The notes below the pieces were generated by a model. It had not been told where the DNA came from. It searched no databases and was given only the letters and a program-made list of their open reading frames with translations. A stretch of DNA of 63,996 nt, the filler included, from Hyphochytrium catenoides (lineage: Eukaryota; Protista; Hyphochytriomycota): NCBI GenBank assembly GCA_900088475.1. It is 9 parts of 9 records of this genome, joined end to end, with 100 filler letters (N's around TTAATTAATTAA, not from the genome) between each part and the next. Parts side by side here need not be neighbours in the genome. Positions count along the whole stretch, not along the records: positions 3,563 to 29,898 come from FLMG01004265.1; positions 29,999 to 54,455 come from FLMG01000674.1; 7 more parts are not named here. One strand, written 5' to 3'. Positions 27,101-41,031 of this stretch are shown in pieces; within the stretch, counting starts at the first letter, position 1, and every line of letters begins with the position of its first letter. The position numbers were made by a program, and so were the translations under genes.

Positions 27101-28519
27101 ACCTCCTCCTTCTCATAAAATCTTACACTTCAGTTCTTGGACATCATTTGCCCCGCCACCTGGTTGATGGTCCCTTCCTTATGCATCGTCCTCGGCATCA
27201 TTATGCTCTATTGCTGTGTATGTACAGCAGACATTCTTGTTCTCTCTTTTCCTACAATGAAGCTTGCAGGCAATAATGATGAAGATGATGATCCTGAGAA
27301 GGTGATCAAAGAATATTTATCGTGCCAAAGCCGAAATATCGAATCTAACAGAGCACCACGTCCTTCAACAGAGATCTACCTTAAGGAGTTCCGAAAATAA
27401 CTTTTAAGTTCGGCATTCCCGATCACTTTTTCGGGTTAGAAGATCTGTAACCACTTTTTTCTGATGAAGTCGTGACAGGGCCAACAACACGGCAAACACG
27501 CAGCAAGGAAGCTTTTTGAGGTAAGATGACAAGGACGAGAGAGGAAGACGCGAGTCACTGTCATCTTCTAGTTAACCAGGAACCCTGTCTTTTCAGCCTT
27601 TCTCTCCTTCTTGTCCTTCTCTCTCTTTCTCTCTCTGGATTTGTCACGTCTTGCAGAGCAGTGCTGGGCCATGATGATGATGAGATGATGCGTTGTTATC
27701 CGCAGCAGCGAAGAGATGGATTGCGCCTCCACTTGTCGACAAGACTCGGTCGACATCCGCAGCCCTTCGTCCGTTACAGAGCGCTCATGCGCAACGACAT
27801 GTCATCACGGAACTGTCCTTGGTTGGAAGGAGACAAAGCTAAAGCGGCCTTCACCCTTCTCTCCTGTTTAATCACTGTCTCCTAATCGGGCAACTCTTTG
27901 TTTTGCGTCGTGTCAGACTTGTGAAGCAGCCGCACCGCGCCAAGATGGATACCTTCGATGAATGTCCAATCTAACCCCTAAAGATGTTAGTGTGCAAATG
28001 CAAGACAAGAAGCTCCTTCAGCCACCAGATCGTCCTCCTTGTCTTTCCCATGGTCGACATTTCAGAACACGAAAGAAAAAGGGTAGATGACAATGTACTA
28101 TGCCCGAAAGGCCACAGCGGTGCGCCTTATTGTTGGACAAGTCCAAGATGGAGTCAGCCCACGTTTAGGACTGACAAGGAGAGAGCCATGAAAGGCAGGA
28201 TGCAGATGCCCTGGGCAGCTCAAACGAATCGGCTGCAGCCTCACTTGTTGACTACTACTTCTCCTTTCCTCCCTGCCCCGGGCTTAGCCATAACTTGCTA
28301 CTCCTTAAAAATTAATTGACTGTCATGATCCTTCTTTAGTCTTCTATGTTCGCGAGTCCATCGCCCAGGTAGGCGATGCAACGTCGCCTCCGTGTTTCTT
28401 GGTATTTTCTCAGAAGTCTGTCCCACTTGCTCTTTTCCTCCACGTGAGTTCAGGAGGTCCTCACATTCCTAACCGAAGCCACCCCGCGGCGCCCAGTCGC
28501 CGTCTACGAGAGGATCAGC

Positions 28520-29898
28520 ATGGAGATAGGTGTATCTGGCGTGACCGGCTCAGCTTTGCAGTCACTGACGCAGCCAGGAGTCGATGCTGAGCTCGTTACG
28601 TACCCTTCTCCGCCCGCACAGACTGACTCGGGAGCCGCAATCATAGGGAACACATATCACACCACACCCGAACCCACTGTCAAGGACATTGAGGCAGGGG
28701 CTGCGGTAGACCTGCAGCGCCTGGAGAGCGATCATAGCCTGACAAGCAATAAGTCTGTGGCACTCTTCCTCAAGGCAGTACGATCTAGCGTCAGTCCATC
28801 AGTTCAGCCTGATGATCCTGAGAGCGCTGTAAGAAATGGGAGTCAATCCGAGCAAAAATGGCCTTCACCAGAGATGGAGGCCTTACTTGAAAGCAATTTC
28901 TCAGCAGCAACTTTGGAACAGATCCTTGACCTTATGGGTGGCCAAGAGAGCTTCATCACCAACGTGGCAAGGCTTCTGGAGATGGCTCTGGGAGAAGAAG
29001 TCCCAAGGCTTACAATCCGCTTCACTGACGTCGAAGTGAGCGCAAGAGTGTCTCCTGCCGCTGGTGCGGGGTCACAGGCCACCACCATTGGAGGTGCTTT
29101 GAAGGGCATCGCCACTGGTAAGCTGGATTTTTAAGCCCAACTCACAACGGCGCTCTTGCTTCTTATCAGTGTAGGAGATATTAACCATTGACCGATCTCT
29201 CTCAGGATGTTTTAGGCGCCGTCAGCAGCGAAGGTAAAAATTCTTCAGAACTGCACAGGCAAGATCCGACCGGGGAAAATGACTTTACTCCTAGGCGGAC
29301 CTGGGAGTGGCAAGAGTTCCCTCCTCAAAGTTCTTAGTGGCCGTCTTATGGACAACAAGCACACGAATGTGAAGGGCAGAGTGGATTACAACGGCGTTGA
29401 CATTGCCAGCGTTCCAGATAAAGTCTTATCATCGGTAGGCTACGTTACACAGGTAGGTTGAGACTTCTTCAGACCATCACAAGGCAAGCATAGCTCACAT
29501 CTGCTTTCATCCGTATGTGGCTATTGTTGCAGCGTGATATTCACACACCAACGCTGACTGTGGAAGAAACGGTTCAGTTCTCTTTTGCCTGCCTTGATAG
29601 TAAATCTCAGTCTAAGGCAGCAGTGTCCACTCCCTCAAATCTTGAGGCTGATCCCAAGCTCAGGAAGGCCAAAGAGCTTCTAGAAGTCTTGCACAGGCGA
29701 CGGCCCCAGCTGATCCTGAAGGTCCTGGGACTTGAGGGTTGCCGGAAGACTGTGATTGGCAATGCCATGCTCCGCGGAGTCAGCGGGGGTGAAAAGAAGC
29801 GTGTGACAATGGCGGAGGTTCTGGTTCGACGCAATAGAGCGCTTTTCATGGACGAGATTAGCACCGGACTTGACAGTGCGGCAACCTTTGACATTTGC
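28520..29898 (+). CDS. ABCG/PDR-type ABC transporter, 5' portion (NBD1), truncated by a contig break
   Basis: VPRLTIRFTDVEVSA, ILQNCTGKIRPGKMTLLLGGPGSGKS (Walker A), DIHTPTLTVEET, LRGVSGGEKKRVT (signature), FMDEISTGLDSAATFDI. Confidence 0.93.
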
Positions 29899-30263
29899 NN
29901 NNNNNNNNNNNNNNNNNNNNNNNNNNNNNNNNNNNNNNNNNNTTAATTAATTAANNNNNNNNNNNNNNNNNNNNNNNNNNNNNNNNNNNNNNNNNNNNAG
30001 AGAGAGAAGAGAGACGCGAGGAAGAAAAGTTACTTTGCACTCTCACCTCAGCCTCCGAGACAGTCAACTTTCAGCATCCTCCTCACCTGCGGCAGCTTTA
30101 TAGCAAGGGCTTAGCGAGACGCAAGGGTCAGAACAACAACGGTCGATGTGAAGAGAGAGAGAAGAGTGGGTGGACGGACAGAAGACAACAACAGAGACGG
30201 AGAAGAGAGAGGGGGGAGAGAGAGCGCTTGCCCATGAGGGAAGCACACAGCGGCGGAAGGGAT

Positions 30264-30684
30264 ATGGAGTGGACGGAATGGCTCGAGTCAGTGGACAACC
30301 TTTTCATGGAATATCTTCTTTTCAGAGGCTTCACAAATGTGGGTCAGAGGAAGAAGAGCAGAAGAGGACTGGCAAGGAAGGGAGGACTGAAAGAGGAAGG
30401 GGAGGATGTCATCATTGGAGGTTGAGCGAAGAGAAAGAGAGAGAGAGAGACAGAAAGAGAGTGAGAGTGAGAGAGAGATGGGCCGGGCGGGGGAGAAGAA
30501 CGAGAGAAGGTCAGAGAGAGAGAGAGAGAGGAGAAGAGAGAGAAAGAAGAAGGAGGGAGACTGGGACAGGTTATTTATACTCTATCTCAACTGCCGTCAC
30601 ACACTTCTATACTTCCTCTTTGTTGAGCGGCTGTTTCTTTCTTTATTGCATGCTTTTCTCTTATTCGCATTGCTCTTGCCCCTT

Positions 30685-30715
<31 letters not shown>

Positions 30716-33700
30716 CTCCCCCCTTTCTATCGCTGGCTTTCTCTTCTTGTTCCTCTCCCTGTCCCATCTTGCTCCTTCAGAGTTTCCGTACATTCGTCCA
30801 TGAGAGGCGGAGCAGCAAGCTGAGGACTTTCGATGTGGAGCGGATAGTGGAAGAGACTCTCAAACTTGTAGAAAGGTACCGAAGCGAGAGAGAAGAATAG
30901 CAGCAGTGGCCTTAGGAGATAGAGACAGAAGGGAAAAGAGCGAGAACGGACAAGAGAGAGAGAAAGAGAGAAGAGAAGAGAGCGTAGTCAGGGGGAGAGA
31001 GTAGAGAGAATGAGTATGCGGAACAAGCGGTCAAGGATATCGAGGGACGTGTCTCAAAGGCTTTTAACTCTCTCTCTCTCTTTCTCTCTTCATCCTCTTC
31101 ATAATTTATCTCTCTTTACGCTCTTCATATCCTCTCCTTCTCCTCTCATGCCCTCTATCTTCCCTCTGTCTACCTCCTGACGCTTTCCTCTCTGGCATGT
31201 ATCATACTCTTCGCCATTTGTGTCCCTCTCCCCGACAGTTTGGACCTGCAAGGTCTGCAAGAGCTCTGGCAGTATCTGGGCAATCGATTCTTCCTCCCTC
31301 TGGAGTTGGAAGGACAGAAGGTCGCGCAGCAGTTAGAAGGAGACCTGAAGCGCTTGTACCTAGTGACAGCGATGAAGACAGGACAGAAGAAGAAAGTCAC
31401 AGAGTTCTTTAGCAAAATGATATCCTGGCCCCAGTAATCCTCTTCTCTCTTTTTGCTTTGCTCTTTCTTCACCAACTCTGTAATCAACTTCTTGAAGCTC
31501 TTTTCGCTCTCTTTCCCGTCCCTTGGTCTCTTCGCAATTATGCGGCGTCTCCCGCTCTCTCTCTCCGCCGGCCTCTCAATTTGTCTTCTTCCTTCTAGTG
31601 CCGTCATAGGGAAGGTTGCTCAACTTCTATGTTAAGTCCTCATTCATCCTAAGTACCGCTGCGCACGGCTCAACTTGCTAGTCTACACTACCCGGCGGCT
31701 CTCTCTGTCCGCTCTGTTGGACTCTATCTCTGTCCGTCTTGATCTCTCTATCTCTCTCTTTCTACCTCTCTCTGTCTGTGTTCTGGGCCTCTCGTTCATT
31801 CGTTCTTTTATCGAGCGACTAACGAGGTCTTCAGCTTGTTTGTTTAGTCCTATCAGTGCGCTTTGAGTCACGTCCTTAACTCCCTCCGCTCACTCTTTAG
31901 ATTTAAGTGCCGATAATTCTTGGGCGCCTTACTCACAGCCCCACAGAGTCGACTGGAAGCCTTGGTGTGCTCTGGTCTATATGAGGAATCCGGAGAGAGA
32001 TCAGAAGTTTAAGGTCAGTGGGTGCTGAAAGAGAGAGTTGCAGAAGGCAGATAAGAGGAAGAACACTTAAGAATTAAAAGAGAGAGGAAATACATACCGC
32101 ATCAGCCAGCAAAGGGAGTCAGAGAAAGAGCAACAAATGCTCTGGCAGAAATGCTAGGCCAATGCACGCTCAAAGCAGAAAATTTGGGCTGGGCGAATAG
32201 AACCTGGAGGAGGCACGCCTGAGAACAGTCTCCTCGGGGTTGAGAGATAGCTGGAGCATTTAGAAGAGCCGGGGAGCTTACCTCACGTCTTATGTCCTCA
32301 CTTCTTATGTCCTGCAGGTCTACTTCTCCAGAAGCTGGGCAGAGTCCTTCGCCATCTCGTTAAGGAACTTCCTGGCCTTGATTTTTGCCCATCTGCCGCT
32401 GCCAAAGATATTAGCACTCAACTTAGAGAGAGAGGAGAAGAATGCTCGAAAAGAAGAGACACAGAGCCTTCTGCTGGATGTCCAGCGGCTAAAGTGAGCA
32501 TTCCCTCTTGCAAGTTTAGCCTACATTCCCTACTTTTCCTTTTTAAGTTGTTGCTCCGACCTCTCCGATTCTCTCCTTTTACGTTTGCTTCTCTAATTTG
32601 TGTTAGGGGGGAGGAGCGGTCCCTGCGTGAAAAGCTCTCTCGGTCTGCGTCTACCCTTCAAGGTCTTCGCAGGATTCTGCAGGAAGTTACCATCAAAGCC
32701 CATGAAGAGGGGAGGAAGGAAGGATCGACCTCGGGTATTGGCTTCCTCAGCTCAGAAAATCTCCACGCGCTCTTTTCTCGCTTCACAAACACAGCCGAGG
32801 CCTCTTCCGTACCCAGGACACAGAGCCGTCCAGGTAGACCTCTTACATCGTATCGCTTTATATTCTTCTTCGCGGCTTACCTGTAAATTGTCCCGAATGC
32901 CAGAAGCACCTTTGGCCGGGGTTGAGGACACGAGTAATCACAGGGACTTGAGTAGGACAGCCCTGAAGAATGCTGAAACCGTAGACCCACGCAAACATTG
33001 GACTCTGGAAGCGGAAGCATCAAGTGGTGACCACTTAGAGCTTGGAAAGGTCGTGGATCGTGGCTTTGTAGGAAACTAAAGCATGCAAGGACACATAGAA
33101 AGAGAGAGAGTGAGGAAAGATGGCAAAAACCTGAAGCAAGAAGAAAACTACACAGCGTTCCGGAGGCCAGGGTGACAAAGTGAGCTCCATCCTGTGCAAA
33201 GTTACTTATTACTCATTGTGCTTTCAGGTCCTAGCAGACCATGATGGGCCAGTCACAGCATGTCGCTTCTCTCCTGAGGGCAAGTAAGTTTGCCTCTGTA
33301 GACAGAGGAACAAAGGACGAGAATGTGTGTCCTCCGCCACTTCCTTCTGGTCTCGCTTCCCCCATCAGATGTATCCTTTGGAGTCGTTAACTAAGTATCA
33401 GTCTAAGCAAGTCGCCCGTTCGTGTATGACAGATTTCTAGCCACTGCTGGGAAGGACGGACGCGTCATGGTCTACAGCGCCAGTGAAGGCTTAATTCGCC
33501 CTCAGGCTGTCCACTTTGCCATGGGAGAGGTTACCGCCTTGCAATGGGTACCGGGAGGTCAAGATCAGGTAAGAGCCCGTTGGCCTCGCCAGGATAGAAG
33601 ATGCTGTGAGGCAGTTTAAGTAAGAGAGAAGCGAGTTGGGGCAGTGAAGCCAACGGGAACGCGAAGTCGTGAAAGTGAGCTGTAGGCTAGACACGCCATA

Positions 33701-35188
33701 CTCAGGCTCTCTCTCTTACCGTGAGCTAGGTTCTTGCAGGAACGAATGTCGGCTCTTTACAGCTCTTTGGACCAGCAGGTAGACAGCTATGAAACGCGCT
33801 AGTCGCTTCCTCATGCACTCCCCCAGCGCTTCCGGTTATTTCTATCTCTCCTTGGCTGCCTCCAGCTCTTCCGCCGTGAAAATTCAATTCATTATGTGGC
33901 AGGGAAGAGCCGGTCAAACTTAGATGGCACGGCAGACATCCCGGCCTCCGTGGTGTTGGACCTTGCGATCACTCCGAGGTAAGCCCTTAAGACTTAATAA
34001 CTTCGATTTTGATAGTGCTCAAAATGATCCCTCACCTGTGCCCACCGATCTCGCTTTTTGGAGCAGTCTGTCATCTTTCTACACCTTATTGGGAAGACTA
34101 GGGAACAGTTCCTCTATGGGAGGTGTTTTGCAGCAATGGGATTTGGAGACTCTGCGTTGTCTCAGAAGTGTGACGTTAGATCCAGAAGAAGCTCAGGTAT
34201 ACGTCGAATGACAGTCCTTGGTCCACATATTGAAGACCTCTTAGCCCTTCTCTCGAGTCTGGCACCGCTCTTCCGTGCCTGCCGTCTTTGAACCCTGACT
34301 GTCCGTTCCCCTTCCACTAACTCATCTGTACGTGGCTAGGGCACTGTCCTGGGCATCGGCGAGAAAGGAAGTCAGCTGCTCGTAGGGGGCAACGATGGGA
34401 TGATAAGAGTTTTCGATGCTCGTCAGTCTTCCGCGGTTCTGGGCTGGCCCGCGGTCAATGGCCAAGTACGGACCGTTACATTATTTGCCAATCTGCCCTT
34501 AGTTGGCTTTGGCTGACGCCCTAACGTGATGCGCTGACAGGTGATAGCCATGGGATTATCTCCAGATGAGTCCAGGCTTCTTACCACGGGGTCTGATGGT
34601 TCTGTGTCCCTGTGGAACTGGCGGTACCTAGGCACGCAGCCTGAAGTGGTTCAAAGGTGAAAGCTCTAGCTTCATCCAAAACCTACCGCTGTGCACCCTG
34701 ATTGGACTTCTACGCTACTTGCTCATGGCACTCTTGTTTCCCTTATATTGCACGTCCACACGAGTGGATTGTCCTGCTTCAAGACGTTCCCTTTTCTACC
34801 TCTGTCTCTCTAGTGACGTCTTTCTTAGAACTCTCCACCCAGATTGGGGCAAAGATCTCTTACATGGCGATCACTGTTCGACAGGTTCGACAGCCCGCCT
34901 CCGTATCCAAGAGTCCGATCAGAAGTTGCTTTCCTCAAGACTTCTGAAAGCTTCATCCTATCAGGCAGACAGAAGGAGAACGGGATTTATTGCGCACCTT
35001 TGTATTCATTGACATCGGGAGAGGCATCATTCTCTCGTTCCTCGCTGAGATTTCCGTCAGTAGCTCTCTGCAATGCCTCGGGTTCGATCTCATCCTTGAG
35101 CTATAGCTCGGACTTGCAGTTGCTTGCTTTGGGCTCGGAAGATCACTCTGTAGCGATCTGGAAAGACCCTGCGAGAGGAATGTTATAG
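30264..35188 (+). CDS. WDR91: WD repeat-containing protein 91 homolog (N-terminal LisH/ARMC9-like region + WD40 repeats)
   Basis: VDNLFMEYLLFRGFTN...FDVERIVEE...DLQGLQELWQYLGNRFF...LKRLYLVTAMKTG...VTEFF...YFSRSWAESFAISLRNFL follows the WDR91 N-terminus. WD motifs: DHDGPVTACRFSPEG, LTTGSDGSVSLWN, LALGSEDHSVAIWK. Confidence 0.85.
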
Positions 35189-35364
35189 CACTTTTGCAAC
35201 AATCAAAGTGGATTCTCTCTTTTTCTAATTCTCCTTCCTTTGTCGCACAATCTTCCTGTGATCTAGAGGCACAACGCCAACAAATATGGCGATATTTATT
35301 GATTACATGGAAACGGCTTCATGTGAAGAAATGTTCAAACCCTATAAATAAGCGGTTTAGCTCG

Positions 35365-37146
<1,782 letters not shown>

Positions 37147-37450
37147 CTCTTACTAACGGGAACTTCTCTCTCACTGAGCTTCAAAACAATGGATCGGATC
37201 TGAATCTCTACGTAAATCTCTTCTGATCAGCCAAAATATCCTTCACGTCCCAACAGCGGCGCTCTGTCACCTGGCATGAGAAAGCAATTGGCGCCAGACT
37301 GGAATCAGAAAATCTCTGCATGCCATTTCATAAATAAACGAGAGGACTCCCAAATGATACTGTAATTAAGGTGATAACATTTAACGTAAATGTACCCAGA
37401 AAAAACTAATTGGGAGCCTTTTTGATAGAGGTACTGTACATAAACAATAA

Positions 37451-37514
37451 GCGCGGGAACGGCTAGAATTACAAATTCATCCTTCCCGCCAAACCCTCAA
37501 CAATTCCCGCCAAA
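37451..37514. promoter_or_regulatory. Cluster of E2F/DP-like sites upstream of the ELM2-SANT-PHD gene
   Basis: TTCCCGCCAAA at 37483-37493 and 37504-37514, and GCGCGGGAA at 37451-37459, in AT-rich DNA 300-370 bp upstream of the ATG. Confidence 0.4.
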
Positions 37515-38540
37515 AAAGCGGTAAATGATTGAACAACGGTAGCGGCAGAATAAAAGTTCCATCACTCACCTTACCGCTACAAACAACAAACACTCCTCAA
37601 AATATCAGACCTTCCTGATGGTGATCAGCATTGTCTTGTTTATAAGGAGATAAGGCCACACACACTTCACAATTACTTCGTACAGGTGTCTAGTAGGGAC
37701 TTGACTATGATTGATGATGGTAGCCATCATTCATGCTAGGGCTACGATGTGGTGGTGGTTGGTGCTGATGGCTGGTGCTGATTGATGCGGCTGGTGTGGG
37801 CGATAGATGAGGCTGTGATCATCATCTTGACACTATTACTGTCCAGCATATGTCTTCTTTGACACTGTAGACCACTACCGCCATCCTCATTTCCCGCTAA
37901 GGAATACATTGCTCAGATAAGAGTGAGAAGAAGAAGTGGGGAGAAGAAGGTTTACTTACACGAATGGCCGAGAAGGACGTTCACTTACACGAATGGCCTC
38001 CTCCTTACTTCCTCCATCACCCAGTATTGTTCTCTAAAAGAAAGCCACCACAAAGGCAAATAAACAGAAGCTTCTCTTCAGGGATGCGGAAGACATACAC
38101 AGGGAAGGTCAATTCTTCACTCTGGTACTACTCCGCTCATGATGAAGGACTTTTGGTAAGACCTTCAACCAAGAAAGAATCCAGTGTCTCAGTAGTCACA
38201 AGGTAGTAGTTTAAGCATTGCTGGGTTTTGGGGTCACTACGCGTTTTTTAACTACCCTGCCACTCAACACTGAAAGAGGATATCTGCATCTAGCCGATGA
38301 CGCTGTAGCAGCGTTATTGCCTCACCGCTAGGAACTCTTTATGGCACGGCATCCACAGCAACAGAGTCATTTTCCAATTTGCCAACAACAGCAAGGTAAC
38401 CAATCGCGGAACGCTACGAACTGGTTCATCGTTGTAGACAGCGCGCCTCGGGCGCACTTTGTCTGCTTGTAACAGCAGCAAGCAGGCGTGCAAAAACTTC
38501 AAATTCTTTTGAACCAAATAAAAGATACAATCGGGATAGG

Positions 38541-39215
38541 ATGTACAAATCATCATCGATGCTAGCGTCATTCGCTATGATGCAACTCGTCTCCCCACCC
38601 TTCCTGCAACAAGGTTTTGCCGATACCAAAGGAACTAGGAGCCACTCCAGCAATGAAGACACTGATATGGACTGTGCGACTCCTCCCTGCTCGCCTTTCA
38701 CTCTCTGTCCAGATGCTCAAGTCTGGCTTCGTGAAGACCTCCACGCCATTGATCAAGCGCCCTGTCACGCTGTAGAGGAGAATGTGCCTGAGAGAACTTG
38801 GGACTGGGTGGCGTATGCAGCTGTTCTGACAGGTGCATTCGGCGCATCCCTGATTCCAGTTCTCCGGTGCTATCGAACATGGCGGGAAGTGCAACACGAA
38901 TTCGACCATTTCTCTGACAACAGCTTTGAGAACGACTGTCTTCCGGGGAACCGCCACCGAAAGCATCACATCGGCCATTCTCTTGATGGTGCGAAAGCAT
39001 CACAGCAGTCTCCATTAGATCTTGCAGACTTTGAAGAAGACATAGACGGAGAAGACGGCGACGCAGACTTTGAAGAAGACTTAGACGCAGGAGACTTTAC
39101 CCATGGCACTGATTACCATATGAACGATGCAAAAAGGGTTGCTGAAGCTGTAGTCATGATGGTACTGGCTGAGGAGGAGGCAGGACAAGGAGCAGCTGAT
39201 GAAGAAGATCAATAA
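38541..39215 (+). CDS. Intronless 224-aa hypothetical protein (one hydrophobic segment, acidic C-terminus), possibly a decaying longer ORF
   Basis: Long ORF; WVAYAAVLTGAFGASLIPVL is TM-like; ADFEED is duplicated; acidic codons continue in frame after the TAA. Confidence 0.4.
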   Translation: MYKSSSMLASFAMMQLVSPPFLQQGFADTKGTRSHSSNEDTDMDCATPPCSPFTLCPDAQVWLREDLHAIDQAPCHAVEENVPERTWDWVAYAAVLTGAFGASLIPVLRCYRTWREVQHEFDHFSDNSFENDCLPGNRHRKHHIGHSLDGAKASQQSPLDLADFEEDIDGEDGDADFEEDLDAGDFTHGTDYHMNDAKRVAEAVVMMVLAEEEAGQGAADEEDQ

Positions 39216-40465
39216 AACGAAGAAGACGAAGAGGAGGAGCAACCAAAGGCGGGAGAAAGGCCATCATCAGTATAGCAGCGATGACCTTCAGAGCGAGCAA
39301 GATAGGCATACAGAGCCCTTTGCTATGGCAACAAGCGAGGACTAATATGGTACTCCAAGTAGCACATCAACCTAAAGAAAACCGAAAAAGAAGTAAGAAA
39401 AGCAGTAGGCAAAACTTAGCTCTAGGGTAGGTTTGGGAATGAACCACCATCATTAGCAGAAAAAGATCAAACAGGCTATCATCTAAAAGAACTGAATGAG
39501 GAGTTCATTGGCTACTTTTGCCCTTCATAACCCTTAAGCACTCCATCGATCCATCATACTACGCGTTGATTGTTGCTTCTTACTACTAACTGAGTTCTAT
39601 GCTTATTGCTGAGTAAAGAGAAGTAATAGCAAGAAGGAAGTAAATGCCAGGCTGAAGATTATCGAAAGCAGCAAGCAGTGGCCAAGCCCATGACCCTTTC
39701 AGACGATGACCTTTGAGACCAACGCACTGGGCTTCAACAGCTTCAACAGATAGCAGGGACATAGCCTGCAGCGCACCGGTCGTACTCCCACGCTACTTGC
39801 ACCGCATAATAAAAGAAAGAAGAGTATCAGAGTCTGCATGAGGTGAAGAGTGATCCAGCCCTCATCCGTTACTAGAGCTGCTAACGGCATTAGACCTGGG
39901 TTTCCCTCCGGACAGTAAATCAGACAGAGTAACCATCGGTTATCACTGTGCCAGAATCCAACCCTTTGATATTAGATTCACAATGATCGATTATCACTAA
40001 ATTGATCCGCGATGAACATGGTGTGATTTGGCTAATGCGTCGTCTGGTCCTCGGTCAATTTTGTTGTGCTGTCGTTATTTATTTCCCCGACGTGACGGAC
40101 TCAGAACTGTACATTCGTGCGACCACCGTATTACTACTTCCAGAGCAATAGATTTATGAGTGATATTACTAATAATAGGCGCGCTAGATGGCAGATGATC
40201 AAAAAATCTTTCTCTCCTTGTTTCTTCCCTTGATGCGCTTGTCAAGCTGATGATCTTCATCACGCAGCGTCACTTCAGTCTGGCCGCTGTGTGAGCTGCT
40301 CTGGGGAAGCTTGCTCTTCAGATCAGAATCTTCAAGCCTGAGCATAGGTCACAAGCCCTCCTCCTGTAAGCATAGACATTCTTCGCTCTTATCAGCTCCG
40401 TTCCTGCAGCAGACAACCCTAGCAAAGCACACAAGAGCACCACCGTAAGATATTTCCATAGAACT

Positions 40466-40738
40466 ATGTCGGAGCTAGAGACCAAGTTCAACGAGGCTGC
40501 TGCCAAGATCAAAGATTGGCGCCCTGCTAGTCCGCCGCCTAACGAAGAGAAGCTCAAGGTCTATGCCCTGTTCAAGCAGGCAACCGTTGGGGACGTGAAC
40601 ACTTCCAGACCTGGCATGTTCTCAGTGCAGGAGAGATACAAGTGGGATGCATGGAATGCTTTGAAAGGCAAGTCCAAGGAAGACGCCATGAAAGAGTACA
40701 TCGCGGAAGTTGAGCGCCAGATGAGCACCTACAAGTAG
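40466..40738 (+). CDS. ACBP: Acyl-CoA-binding protein (small ACBP/DBI type), intronless
   Basis: KLKVYALFKQATVGDVNTSRPGMF...KWDAWNALKGKSKEDAMKEYI; ligand-binding Tyr/Lys/Trp residues are intact. Confidence 0.97.
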   Translation: MSELETKFNEAAAKIKDWRPASPPPNEEKLKVYALFKQATVGDVNTSRPGMFSVQERYKWDAWNALKGKSKEDAMKEYIAEVERQMSTYK

Positions 40739-40820
40739 GCCGCATGCCAGAGCCAACTCAACTCAGGCCGCATGCCAGAGCCAACTCAGCTCAGGCCGCG
40801 TGCCAGAGCCAACTCAACTA
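40737..40820. repeat. 28-bp tandem repeat x3 (AGGCCGCATGCCAGAGCCAACTCAACTC) starting inside the ACBP stop codon
   Basis: Units start at 40737, 40765 and 40793, with 1-2 mismatches. Confidence 0.9.
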
Positions 40821-41031
40821 CTATTATCACTCCTCTTCCTGAGTCTTCTAAGGCACCACCCTGAATCGTGACACTGCTCTTGGTCCATTGATGGGGCCTA
40901 TGGCTAGGACACGTAGACCATATTTGAATATTGCGTTATCGCACATAGATAGAACCTATAGCTTACTATAAATATAGCAGAGCACTGCTCTAACGGCCTC
41001 AGACAGGCTCATTCTTCCATCCCTCCCATAC

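Noticed and set aside
37300-40300. Intact DNA transposon or endogenous virus around the orphan ORF
   Set aside because: No terminal repeats, transposase, reverse transcriptase or capsid motifs are visible.
40737-40820. CRISPR-like 28-bp repeats
   Set aside because: Units are head-to-tail with no spacers, the context is eukaryotic, and there are no cas genes.
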